NCBI GenBank assembly: GCA_016186955.1
Contig: JACPKP010000007.1
Location: forward strand, 1,962 to 65,961
From: Candidatus Daviesbacteria bacterium
Lineage (GTDB): Bacteria > Patescibacteriota > Microgenomatia > Daviesbacterales > UBA10151
DNA: 64,000 nt
Direction: 5' to 3'
In this document: one piece after another, positions 1 through 9,170 of the stretch
How positions within the stretch are numbered: position 1 is the stretch's first letter
Layout of the letters: every line of letters begins with the position of its first letter
Program-made: the position numbers and the translations under genes
Notes under the pieces: generated by a model
Databases searched by the model: none
What the model was told of the DNA's origin: nothing
What the model saw: only the letters and a program-made list of their open reading frames with translations

Positions 1-40
1 AAAGAAACGGTTAGGCTTAAGAAAAAATATAAAAAAATTT

Positions 41-688
41 TCACTTAAAATTTGGTTTTCCGGGCACAATATGGTGATTTAAACAACGCGCTCCGTAGGT
101 GACCTTGCTGTTTTTGAGAGGATTTTTGTCTCCCACTGCTACTTTTGGGCTATTGTATGGGGCAGGCTGCCCGTCTATTAACATTTGTGTGCGGGTGGCA
201 CTGTCCAGTCCACACACATCGCAGCCCGAGGCTAATTTTTCTATGCTTGTAGCAACAGCCATCATGGCAGCTGATGTAGGACAAAATTCTTCATTAAAAT
301 ACTGGTCAAGCCCCGCAGCAAATACCCTGATACCGTTTCTCTGGGCTTCAACAGCAAGTAATGCCAGTTTTGTATCAAAAAACTGCATTTCGTCAATTGC
401 TAAAGTTCGGGGTTTGGAGGTTCTATCGAAAATTTTCCTGGCAAGCATCAGATTATAGATTTCATCTGCAGAGGAAGCATTCTCACATGGCAATAACAGT
501 CCGTTCCTTGATTTTAAGGTTTTTACCCCGGCCCTTTTTGCTTCCAAAATATGTGTGACAATCAGAGCAGGATTTTTAAAATGGAGATGTTTTGCAACTT
601 TAATCCCCAGCCAGCCTGTTTTGTCGGCAAACATCGGCCCAACAGCCACTTCAATAGTTCCAAGTTCGTGAGAATTTTCAGCCCCCAT
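41..688 (-). CDS. tdk: thymidine kinase
   Basis: P-loop GPMFADKTG, TK-like core and C-terminal Cys/His zinc-ribbon region (CDVCG...CLNHH). Confidence 0.75.
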   Translation of the reverse strand: MGAENSHELGTIEVAVGPMFADKTGWLGIKVAKHLHFKNPALIVTHILEAKRAGVKTLKSRNGLLLPCENASSADEIYNLMLARKIFDRTSKPRTLAIDEMQFFDTKLALLAVEAQRNGIRVFAAGLDQYFNEEFCPTSAAMMAVATSIEKLASGCDVCGLDSATRTQMLIDGQPAPYNSPKVAVGDKNPLKNSKVTYGARCLNHHIVPGKPNFK

Positions 689-772
689 GCAATTAAATTA
701 TAAGAAGTCCCCAAAAATAGCAAGTACAAAAAAACAAGATTACGATTGAGATTTTAATATCGGTTTGCCTAC

Positions 773-801
773 TTGACGATTTAACGCTGAAGATTTACAT
801 T
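773..801 (+). promoter_or_regulatory. candidate sigma70 promoter (TTGACG-17nt-TACATT) for the cupredoxin gene
   Basis: -35/-10 hexamers with a 17-nt spacer about 25 nt upstream of the ATG at 826. Confidence 0.3.
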
Positions 802-825
802 TTCAATGAATTGAAATTAGAGGCT

Positions 826-1260
826 ATGGAAAGAAGGGAATTTCTAAGGATTTTCGGTAGCACAACAGGATTGTTGGTTTTGAGTAGTTGTATCAACATT
901 CCAGAAAATACGATGGGGCAAGCAACGGCAGAAAGAGCAGGCCCACAAGAAATATCAATCAAAGCAGATGAATTCTCCTTCAAACCAAACAAAATTTTAT
1001 TAAAGCTTCAAAAACCTGTTTCACTCACAATAATCAATAAGGGTAAGATAGCCCATGATTTAAAAACAGGCATGCCTATTAAGGATTTAGAATATCAGCA
1101 GGCTGATAATAAAAATGGTACTTTTGATGTAGATTTTGAAGTAGGTCATACTGCAAAACTGACATTTACACCAATTCAAACCGGAGATTTTCCATTTTTT
1201 TGCGATATTAAAGGACATAAAGAATCAGGAATGGTAGGGACATTTACTGTAAAGGCATAA
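826..1260 (+). CDS. cupredoxin (azurin-like blue copper protein) with Tat-type signal and lipobox
   Basis: MERREFLRIF...LSSC signal. C-terminal FPFFCDIKGHKESGMVGTFTV resembles the azurin Cu ligand loop (C-x4-H-x4-M). An SD-like GAGG precedes the ATG at 826; the ORF-track start at 811 is TTG. Confidence 0.6.
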   Translation: MERREFLRIFGSTTGLLVLSSCINIPENTMGQATAERAGPQEISIKADEFSFKPNKILLKLQKPVSLTIINKGKIAHDLKTGMPIKDLEYQQADNKNGTFDVDFEVGHTAKLTFTPIQTGDFPFFCDIKGHKESGMVGTFTVKA

Positions 1261-1423
1261 TCTAATTTGATTTAGCTAGGCATCTCTCCTTTTTTGCTGC
1301 GGGATTGTACACTTTTAGTCGGCACTCACTGCGTTCTAACCTGGCACATCGGAGGTGGCAGGCTAGAGATTGGAGCTGTTTTTAGCTATTTACATGAAGT
1401 TTAATTTGAGGGATGATTAAAAG

Positions 1424-2179
1424 GTGCAAAAGGGATTTTCCGCTATTTTAGTTTTGGTAATGGTTCTACTTTTGGCTGCAATTGGCGGGGGTGCATATTA
1501 TTTTGGAAAGCAGAGCAATACTTCTGAGACTTTACCCAAACAGAGCAAAAGAGTAGATATCAAGCTGATTTCTCCCTCGCCCTCCCCAGCGCCGGTTGAT
1601 GAAACAGCTAAATGGAAAACTTATATAATAAAAACTCTTAGTTTGGAGTTTAAACTCCCTCCAGAAATTGGGTCATTAGGTGAGTTAACAGAAGTGATAG
1701 AGCCAGGTCAAACAGGTACACAACTTTGTGTTAGTTTTACAAAACCGCTAAGTTTAATTAAAAACGCATATGCTGGTGGTTTTTGTGTTACAGAATATCC
1801 TTTAACTATGAATATTGGAACAACTTCAGTAGATTATTCGCAAGGTCGGGGGGGCACTTTTACTGATTTGCAAGGTTTTAAATATCAGGATGGAAAGTAT
1901 TTAACAAGATTTGTTAATGGTCAGTTTTTAGAAGAGTTCCCTCAAGATTTAATTACTAAAGTGCAAAATAATAATGGAGTCGAAATAATTAAAATTAAGC
2001 CCCACCTTCCTTTAGATGATGGACCCTCACTTAGAAATACATTACCAGAAGGTTGGGTAGGAGTTGTGATGAATACAAAAAACACGACTTATCCAGGTCT
2101 TGCTTTGAAAATACAGCTATCCGATAAAGTCAACGAACAATTAGTGGATAAGATACTTTCGACATTTCAATTCAATTGA
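1424..2179 (+). CDS. membrane-anchored hypothetical protein (possible pilin-like N-terminus MQKGFSAIL)
   Basis: Single N-terminal hydrophobic segment after KGFS. The conserved Glu5 of type IV prepilins is absent, so the pilin call is weak. Confidence 0.35.
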   Translation: MQKGFSAILVLVMVLLLAAIGGGAYYFGKQSNTSETLPKQSKRVDIKLISPSPSPAPVDETAKWKTYIIKTLSLEFKLPPEIGSLGELTEVIEPGQTGTQLCVSFTKPLSLIKNAYAGGFCVTEYPLTMNIGTTSVDYSQGRGGTFTDLQGFKYQDGKYLTRFVNGQFLEEFPQDLITKVQNNNGVEIIKIKPHLPLDDGPSLRNTLPEGWVGVVMNTKNTTYPGLALKIQLSDKVNEQLVDKILSTFQFN

Positions 2180-2217
2180 CTTCTTTTCAAGGCTGAGATA
2201 AGCTAACAGAAATACTT

Positions 2218-3066
2218 ATGCCATATGGTGATGGGATAGAAAGGATTAATTGCTATTCTTTGACGGATTTTCATGATTTTGATTTTTGCCCTTTCAGGTT
2301 TTTTGTCAAACACCACTTAAACAAAAAATATGAAATTGAAGAAGGAAACCCCGCTATGGCTTTGGGGAGCTTGCTGGACCAGTCAATCAAGCTTTTTCAC
2401 AAATCCAAAGCTTATGGGCAGCCATCGGAATATCTGATCAATATTGTCAGGGCTGCATTCAATGAGATCAGAGAAAATGTGGCCAGAACTTCCGGCCCCT
2501 CGTTTTATTCAAGCATCGTGCCGTTTCTGGACCATTCAGTAATTTCAGAGGCCAATAAAATTTTCGTCAGTTACTACGGGGCCAGAAATAAAAAAATTAA
2601 TAGGTCTTTGGGGTATGAAAGATTTTCTGAATGGGTAATGGAAGGGGAAGACGGTAGATTCAAACTCTGGGGCGGAGCGGATGCTTATGAGATAGGTGAT
2701 GACGGTATGCCTGAGGTGGTAGATTACAAATCCAGGCAGAATTTAGAAAAAGGCAAAAACAATCTTGATATGGATTTGATGCCCAAAATCTATGTGCTTT
2801 TGGCTTCAAAATTCCTCAAAAATAAGGGATATGATAAAGCCAGGTTTAAAGTCAGGATCTGGCAAGACCCTTTAAATGAGGATTATTATGAGGAGTTTGA
2901 CCTGCAAAAAATTGGGGATCAGGAAAACCTGTTTAAGCAAAAAATTAATAGGATTTTGGCTGTTTCAGAGATAAAGTTTTGCGGGAGGGAATTTTGTAAA
3001 GCTTGTAAATCAGATAAAAGAGATGAGTTGATAAAAAGTTTAGCTGGGATGGGAATTTATGTTTAA
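2218..3066 (+). CDS. PD-(D/E)xK nuclease of the Cas4/RecB-like type with Cys cluster
   Basis: N-terminal Cys pair (INCYS, DFCPF). Motifs D(AYEIGDD)...EVVDYK (ExK) and a QxxxY-like PKIYVL. C-terminal C-x4-C-x2-C (CGREFCKAC) fits a 4Fe-4S Cas4/DUF83 arrangement. Confidence 0.5.
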   Translation: MPYGDGIERINCYSLTDFHDFDFCPFRFFVKHHLNKKYEIEEGNPAMALGSLLDQSIKLFHKSKAYGQPSEYLINIVRAAFNEIRENVARTSGPSFYSSIVPFLDHSVISEANKIFVSYYGARNKKINRSLGYERFSEWVMEGEDGRFKLWGGADAYEIGDDGMPEVVDYKSRQNLEKGKNNLDMDLMPKIYVLLASKFLKNKGYDKARFKVRIWQDPLNEDYYEEFDLQKIGDQENLFKQKINRILAVSEIKFCGREFCKACKSDKRDELIKSLAGMGIYV

Positions 3067-3568
3067 AAACATCGCTGTTTCAGGGGCTATTGCAACGGGC
3101 AAATCTACACTTGCTAGGAACCTGGCTCAAACCTTAGGCTGGCAGTGGCTCAGCGCTGGGGAGTACTTCAGGAAATGGCATGGTAAGCATAAAATTCCCC
3201 TCCATCATTCTGGGAAAGTGCCGCAGGAGTTAGACAAAAAATTCGATAAACATTTCCAAAACTTAATGAAAAATAAAGAGCATGTGGTATTCGAATCACA
3301 TCTGGCTGGTTTTTTTGCCAAAGATTATCCGCAAACCTTCAAAGTCCTTTGCTGCTCTGAATTGAAAACCAGGATTAAAAGGGCAGCAAAAGAAGCTGCA
3401 AAAAGCATAAAGATGAGGGCAGAGTCACACAGAAGGAAGTTTAAAAAGTTGTACGGGGTGGAAAACAGGCTGGATGAGAGCTATTTTAATCTTGTAGTGG
3501 ACACAACGGCTAAAACCCCGGAAGAAGTTTTACAGTTTGTGTTAAAATCAATCTATAGAAAATCCTGA
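3059..3568 (+). CDS. cmk: cytidylate kinase (short archaeal-type CMP kinase family)
   Basis: Walker A GAIATGKST followed by SAGEYFR; ~170 aa, typical of cytidylate-kinase-like family 2. Confidence 0.55.
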   Translation: MFKNIAVSGAIATGKSTLARNLAQTLGWQWLSAGEYFRKWHGKHKIPLHHSGKVPQELDKKFDKHFQNLMKNKEHVVFESHLAGFFAKDYPQTFKVLCCSELKTRIKRAAKEAAKSIKMRAESHRRKFKKLYGVENRLDESYFNLVVDTTAKTPEEVLQFVLKSIYRKS

Positions 3569-4953
3569 TGAAGGTTGATGAGAGTATCTTCAAAAGCTAC
3601 GATATTAGAGGGGTATACCCTACACAATTAAATGAACAGGTTTTACCCGTAATTATATCTTCAATATATTCATTCTTTCAGTCTAAACTTGGGGAAAAAC
3701 AGTTAAGTATAGCGCTGGGGAGGGATATGCGTTTGTCTTCACCGTCTTTATTTAAAATAGCTAGCAAAACACTGGTCGATTTAGGGGCAGATGTAGTTGA
3801 TATTGGTCTTGTTGCAACCACAACCTTTTATTTTGCAGTGCATAAATATAGATATGACGGGGGAATCCAGATTAGCGCTTCACACAACCCAAAAGAATAC
3901 AATGGCCTCAAAATTGTAATGAAGGCTGAAAAGGGGTTGATTAAGATAGGTAAAAGTACTGGAATGGAGGAAATTAAAAAGTCAGCCCTTGAAGCGAACA
4001 GTGAAAAGAGAAAAGCAAAAAACGGCAAAGTTGTTAAAAAGAAAAATATGGTTAGGGAGGAAGTTAAAAATGCATTTAAAATTGCTGGGGAAGGAAAGGT
4101 AAAAAAATTCAAAATTATAGCTGACACTGCAAATGCAATGGGTGCAACTTATATACAGGAATTATTTAAAAAGATCCCTTGCGAACTGGTAAAGATGAAT
4201 TTTAAACTTGATGGTACTTTTCCGGCCCATCAGCCTGACCCACTTCAGCTTGAAACCTTAAAAGATTTACAACAAAGAGTTGTTGAGGAAAAAGCTGATT
4301 TGGGGCTTGCGCCTGATGGGGATGGGGACAGAATCTTTTTTATTGATGAAAAAGGTGAAATTATACCGCCTTCTGTCATTACTGCAATTGTTGCCAAAGA
4401 GTTGCTCAAAAACAACAAGGGAGAGAAAATCCTATTTGACATAAGATATATATTAACCCCCAAGAGGGTGACAGAAGAACACGGCGGGATACCTGTTGTG
4501 ACCAAAGTTGGGCATGCTTTTATAACTGAGGCGATGCAAAAAGAAGATGGGCTTTTTGCAGGGGAGTCCTCCGGGCATTATTACTTTAGGACTACAGGAG
4601 GGGCTGAATCTTCGGTCTCTGTAATTTTGATCCTATTAAATGTATTAAGCAGAGAGGATATAAAGTTTTCTGAACTGGTTAAAAGATTTACAAGAAGCAG
4701 GGAATCAGGGGAGATCAATTTTAAAGTTAAAAATGCCCCTGAAATTATAGAAGTTTTAAAGGATAAATTTAGCGATGGGATGGTTTCTGAACTTGATGGA
4801 GTGGCAGTGGAGTACCCGGAATGGAGATTTTCTTTGAGAACTTCCAATACTGAACCGCTTTTAAGATTAAATGTGGAAGAAGAATTGATTGCTGCAAAAG
4901 GTAGGCATGCAGAGTTAGTGGATATTATTAAAAAGAATGCAATTTCTGAATAA
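3568..4953 (+). CDS. phosphoglucomutase/phosphomannomutase family protein
   Basis: Active-site SASHNP, metal-binding APDGDGDR, GESSGH sugar-binding loop; contains a Lys-rich insertion. Confidence 0.85.
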   Translation: MKVDESIFKSYDIRGVYPTQLNEQVLPVIISSIYSFFQSKLGEKQLSIALGRDMRLSSPSLFKIASKTLVDLGADVVDIGLVATTTFYFAVHKYRYDGGIQISASHNPKEYNGLKIVMKAEKGLIKIGKSTGMEEIKKSALEANSEKRKAKNGKVVKKKNMVREEVKNAFKIAGEGKVKKFKIIADTANAMGATYIQELFKKIPCELVKMNFKLDGTFPAHQPDPLQLETLKDLQQRVVEEKADLGLAPDGDGDRIFFIDEKGEIIPPSVITAIVAKELLKNNKGEKILFDIRYILTPKRVTEEHGGIPVVTKVGHAFITEAMQKEDGLFAGESSGHYYFRTTGGAESSVSVILILLNVLSREDIKFSELVKRFTRSRESGEINFKVKNAPEIIEVLKDKFSDGMVSELDGVAVEYPEWRFSLRTSNTEPLLRLNVEEELIAAKGRHAELVDIIKKNAISE

Positions 4954-5013
4954 CTTGACCTCCTATATAAATTCCCAATTGTAAGTCAAGAATGGGATTC
5001 TACCGGGCATTAG

Positions 5014-5256
5014 TTATTTTTTGAGTATTTCAATCAGTTTTTCAATTGAAATATCAATGTCGTCTAAAATTGCCTTTAGCGTGCCTTTTCTAATTTCTTG
5101 TTTCGGATGATAAGGGATAGTAGTGCGTCTCCCATCTGGATGCTTCAATTGAATATGGCTACCTACCTGATGATATTTTACAAAGCCTAGTTTTTGTAAA
5201 GTTTTGAGCAGCTTGTCAGCTTTGACAACCGGAAGTTTAGGCATGCAGAGTGACAA
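5014..5256 (-). CDS. hicA: HicA-family toxin (YcfA-like mRNA interferase)
   Basis: VGSHIQLKHPDGRRTTIPYH signature; ~75 aa; overlaps the upstream hicB stop. Confidence 0.8.
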   Translation of the reverse strand: MSLCMPKLPVVKADKLLKTLQKLGFVKYHQVGSHIQLKHPDGRRTTIPYHPKQEIRKGTLKAILDDIDISIEKLIEILKK

Positions 5257-5467
5257 TTTGGATTTCTTCTATTGCGTCTCTTTGTTGCAACGGTTTGACA
5301 CCATCTTTTAGCAAACCTTCTAAGTGGGTTTGAATGGCTTCTGCCAAGTTTTTTTTGGTTTCAGTAACAGTTCCCCCCCAAGTATGGACACCTTTTAAAA
5401 GAGGAACAAATCCATGGTAGCCATCTTCATCAGGTTCAATAATTGTACGGTAAGTATAAGTTTTCAT
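5237..5467 (-). CDS. hicB: HicB-family antitoxin (UPF0150)
   Basis: MKTYTYRTIIEPDEDGYHGFVPLLKGVHTWG matches the HicB N-domain. The ORF-track 5' extension to 5647 is probably not translated; the ATG is at 5465-5467 on the minus strand. Confidence 0.7.
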   Translation of the reverse strand: MKTYTYRTIIEPDEDGYHGFVPLLKGVHTWGGTVTETKKNLAEAIQTHLEGLLKDGVKPLQQRDAIEEIQIVTLHA

Positions 5468-5480
5468 GCTTGTATTATAA

Positions 5481-6902
<1,422 letters not shown>

Positions 6903-6968
6903 TCACACCTCCGAGGTGTGATATTTCTACAACAGTTGATTGACAAAGGGTTTGTTTGGTGTTAATAG
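6903..6968 (+). promoter_or_regulatory. 19-bp perfect palindrome TCACACCTCCGAGGTGTGA followed by candidate sigma70 promoter (TTGACA-17-TAATAG)
   Basis: Palindrome at 6903-6921, TTGACA at 6940-6945. The same palindrome and a TTGACA recur at 29979-30038. Confidence 0.4.
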
Positions 6969-7094
6969 TAAGTTTGGTTTTCAATAATATGACCGAATTA
7001 AATGGTTGAAAGATGCGAAGATGCAGAACATTATTTATGCCCGGGATACCCTTTTTGTGATGGAGGTGTTATAATCCAGATTGGAGGTGATGAT

Positions 7095-7367
7095 ATGACA
7101 CAAGAACAAGAAAATGTTGCAGAGGTACAGCCTGAGGTGCGTAAAAAAATTCTTGTAAAAGTAAATTTTTTTGAGGATGAGTTAGAAGATTTAAAAAGAC
7201 TTGCTGAAGCTAGAGGTACCAATATGACGGAGGCATTGCGAGGTGCGATTGCTACTGAAAAATTTTTGCGTGAGAAAATTGCTGAGGGGAACAGTATATT
7301 AATACAAAATAAAGAGGTTGGTACAATCAGAGAAGTGTTGCTGATTCCAAAAAAAGAGCAAACCTAA
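7095..7367 (+). CDS. ribbon-helix-helix (CopG/Arc/ParD-like) DNA-binding protein
   Basis: Beta-strand KILVKVNFFEDEL followed by two helices (LEDLKRLAEARGTNMTEALRGAIATEKFL). Strong SD GGAGGT before the ATG at 7095. Confidence 0.5.
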   Translation: MTQEQENVAEVQPEVRKKILVKVNFFEDELEDLKRLAEARGTNMTEALRGAIATEKFLREKIAEGNSILIQNKEVGTIREVLLIPKKEQT

Positions 7368-7408
7368 AATAGTTTAGAAACAAAACAAGTAGTAATTAAT
7401 TCTGAAAC

Positions 7409-8590
7409 ATGAAAGAGGTTTATATTGTCAGCGCTGCCAGGACTCCGATTGGTAAATTTTTGGGTTCCCTCTCCCCTTTTGGCGCCCCTGAACTTGGAGG
7501 TTTTGCAATCAGGGCAGCAGTTGGGTGGTCAGGTTTGAGGTCGGAAAATATAGAAGAGGTGATCATGGGGCAGGCGCTTCAGGCAGGAGTTGGCCAGGCG
7601 CCCGCCAGGCAGGCAATGCTTAAAGCCGGTTTACCCGAATCAGCGTCTGCCACCACAATAAACAAAGTTTGCGCTTCAGGTCTTGAAGCAATCCACATTG
7701 GCGCTTTAAAAATCCAAACCGGTGAAGCAAATTGTCTAGTTGCAGGCGGGATGGAAAGTATGAGTAGGGCTCCCCACATCCTGAAAAATTCCAGGAATTT
7801 AAAAATGGGTGATGTAAATTTGGTTGATAGTGCAATAAGTGATGGGTTATGGTGTGCTTTTGAAAACACCCATATGGGGAATTTGGCGGAATTTATTGCG
7901 AGAGAGCGGGGAATCAACCGGATGGAAATGGATAAATTTGCGCTACTTAGCCACCTCAAAGCAGTCAGCGCAATAAATAAGGGTAAATTTTTACAGGAAA
8001 TTATACCAGTACCTCAATTTGGAGGGAAAGGGTTTGTGGGCCGGGATGAAAATCCCCGGGCAGACACCAGTATGGAGAAACTTATGAAATTGGATCCGGT
8101 ATTTGAGAAGGGCAGCGGAATTGTCACTGCAGGCAATGCCCCGGGGTTGGCAGACGGGGCGGCAGCGCTGGTTTTGGCTGAAAAATCCTGGCTTGAAAAA
8201 AGTGGTATTCCTCCCCTGGCAAAAATTACCGGTTATGCTACAGCTGCAACAGAGCCAAAATGGCTTTTTGCAGCGCCTGAGGTTGCCATCAAAAAATTGC
8301 TGGCCAGGACAAAAACCCAGCTTTCAGATTATCACCTTTTAGAAGTAAATGAGGCTTTTGCTGCGCAGATTTTGGCAAACGGGCAGGCGCTCAATTGGGA
8401 TTGGGACAGGGTTAATGTCAACGGCGGGGCAATCGCTTTGGGCCATCCGGTTGGCGCCACAGGGGCCAGAATTGTTGTGACACTCGTCCATGCTTTAAAA
8501 GCCCGTGGTTTAAAAAGCGGTCTTGCCGCGCTTTGCCATGGCGGAGGCGGGGCTGTGGCAATGAGTTTTGAGCTATCCCGCTATTGTTAA
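7409..8590 (+). CDS. acetyl-CoA C-acetyltransferase (thiolase)
   Basis: VSAARTPIGKF N-terminus; catalytic Cys (NKVCASG); C-terminal GHPVGATGAR and CHGGG motifs. Confidence 0.85.
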   Translation: MKEVYIVSAARTPIGKFLGSLSPFGAPELGGFAIRAAVGWSGLRSENIEEVIMGQALQAGVGQAPARQAMLKAGLPESASATTINKVCASGLEAIHIGALKIQTGEANCLVAGGMESMSRAPHILKNSRNLKMGDVNLVDSAISDGLWCAFENTHMGNLAEFIARERGINRMEMDKFALLSHLKAVSAINKGKFLQEIIPVPQFGGKGFVGRDENPRADTSMEKLMKLDPVFEKGSGIVTAGNAPGLADGAAALVLAEKSWLEKSGIPPLAKITGYATAATEPKWLFAAPEVAIKKLLARTKTQLSDYHLLEVNEAFAAQILANGQALNWDWDRVNVNGGAIALGHPVGATGARIVVTLVHALKARGLKSGLAALCHGGGGAVAMSFELSRYC

Positions 8591-8598
8591 ACAATGCA

Positions 8599-8820
8599 TC
8601 AAAATAGATTTAAAAAAGTATCTTTATCCATTTCTGCCTGATGGAGTATAGAATTTAGAGTACCCGGAGCAATTGGTTTGTTATGTATTGCAATAGTGAT
8701 TTTTCTACCATCTGGGTGGACAAGTCTAAGATGAGAACCAGTTTGTCTGCTAATCATAAATCCTTGTTTTTGAAAAAATTTAAGCAGATCTTTTGGTCTG
8801 ATCTGTGGTAACTTGGCCAT
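8599..8820 (-). CDS. hicA: HicA-family toxin
   Basis: TGSHLRLVHPDGRKITIAIH signature; paralog of the 5014..5256 gene. Confidence 0.8.
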   Translation of the reverse strand: MAKLPQIRPKDLLKFFQKQGFMISRQTGSHLRLVHPDGRKITIAIHNKPIAPGTLNSILHQAEMDKDTFLNLF

Positions 8821-9092
8821 TAAAAAGTAAGGTGGGCGTTTTTCGGAATCTCTGTTTCAAAGCTGGTGAGAACAGGATGGTCTATCTCAATAGGTATCTT
8901 TTCTCCCTCCTCTGTTAAAGATTCTAAATGAAATGCAACTAGAGATTTAATCTCTTTTTGGACCTGCTCAAAAGTATCTGCCTCAGTGGCAACCTCCAAA
9001 ATAGGAACATAGGCACTATAGCAACCTTTATTAGTTCCGATCCGCTTCTCTTTTTTGATAACTACTGTATAATTTGCAACTTTCTGTTTCAT
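8820..9092 (-). CDS. hicB: HicB-family antitoxin (short form)
   Basis: YTVVIKKEKRIGTNKGCYSAYVPILEVATEADTFEQ has a UPF0150-like fold; directly upstream of and overlapping hicA. Confidence 0.65.
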   Translation of the reverse strand: MKQKVANYTVVIKKEKRIGTNKGCYSAYVPILEVATEADTFEQVQKEIKSLVAFHLESLTEEGEKIPIEIDHPVLTSFETEIPKNAHLTF

Positions 9093-9170
9093 AATAATAT
9101 TATAACACGTGGCAAAGACTTGTTTTCAGAATCCAGTTAGGATATATTTTATTTACTGAGCAGATTTATA

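Noticed and set aside
1261-1423. A possible ncRNA or tRNA in the gap after the cupredoxin gene
   Set aside because: No cloverleaf could be folded by hand, and there is no clean terminator. Left unannotated.
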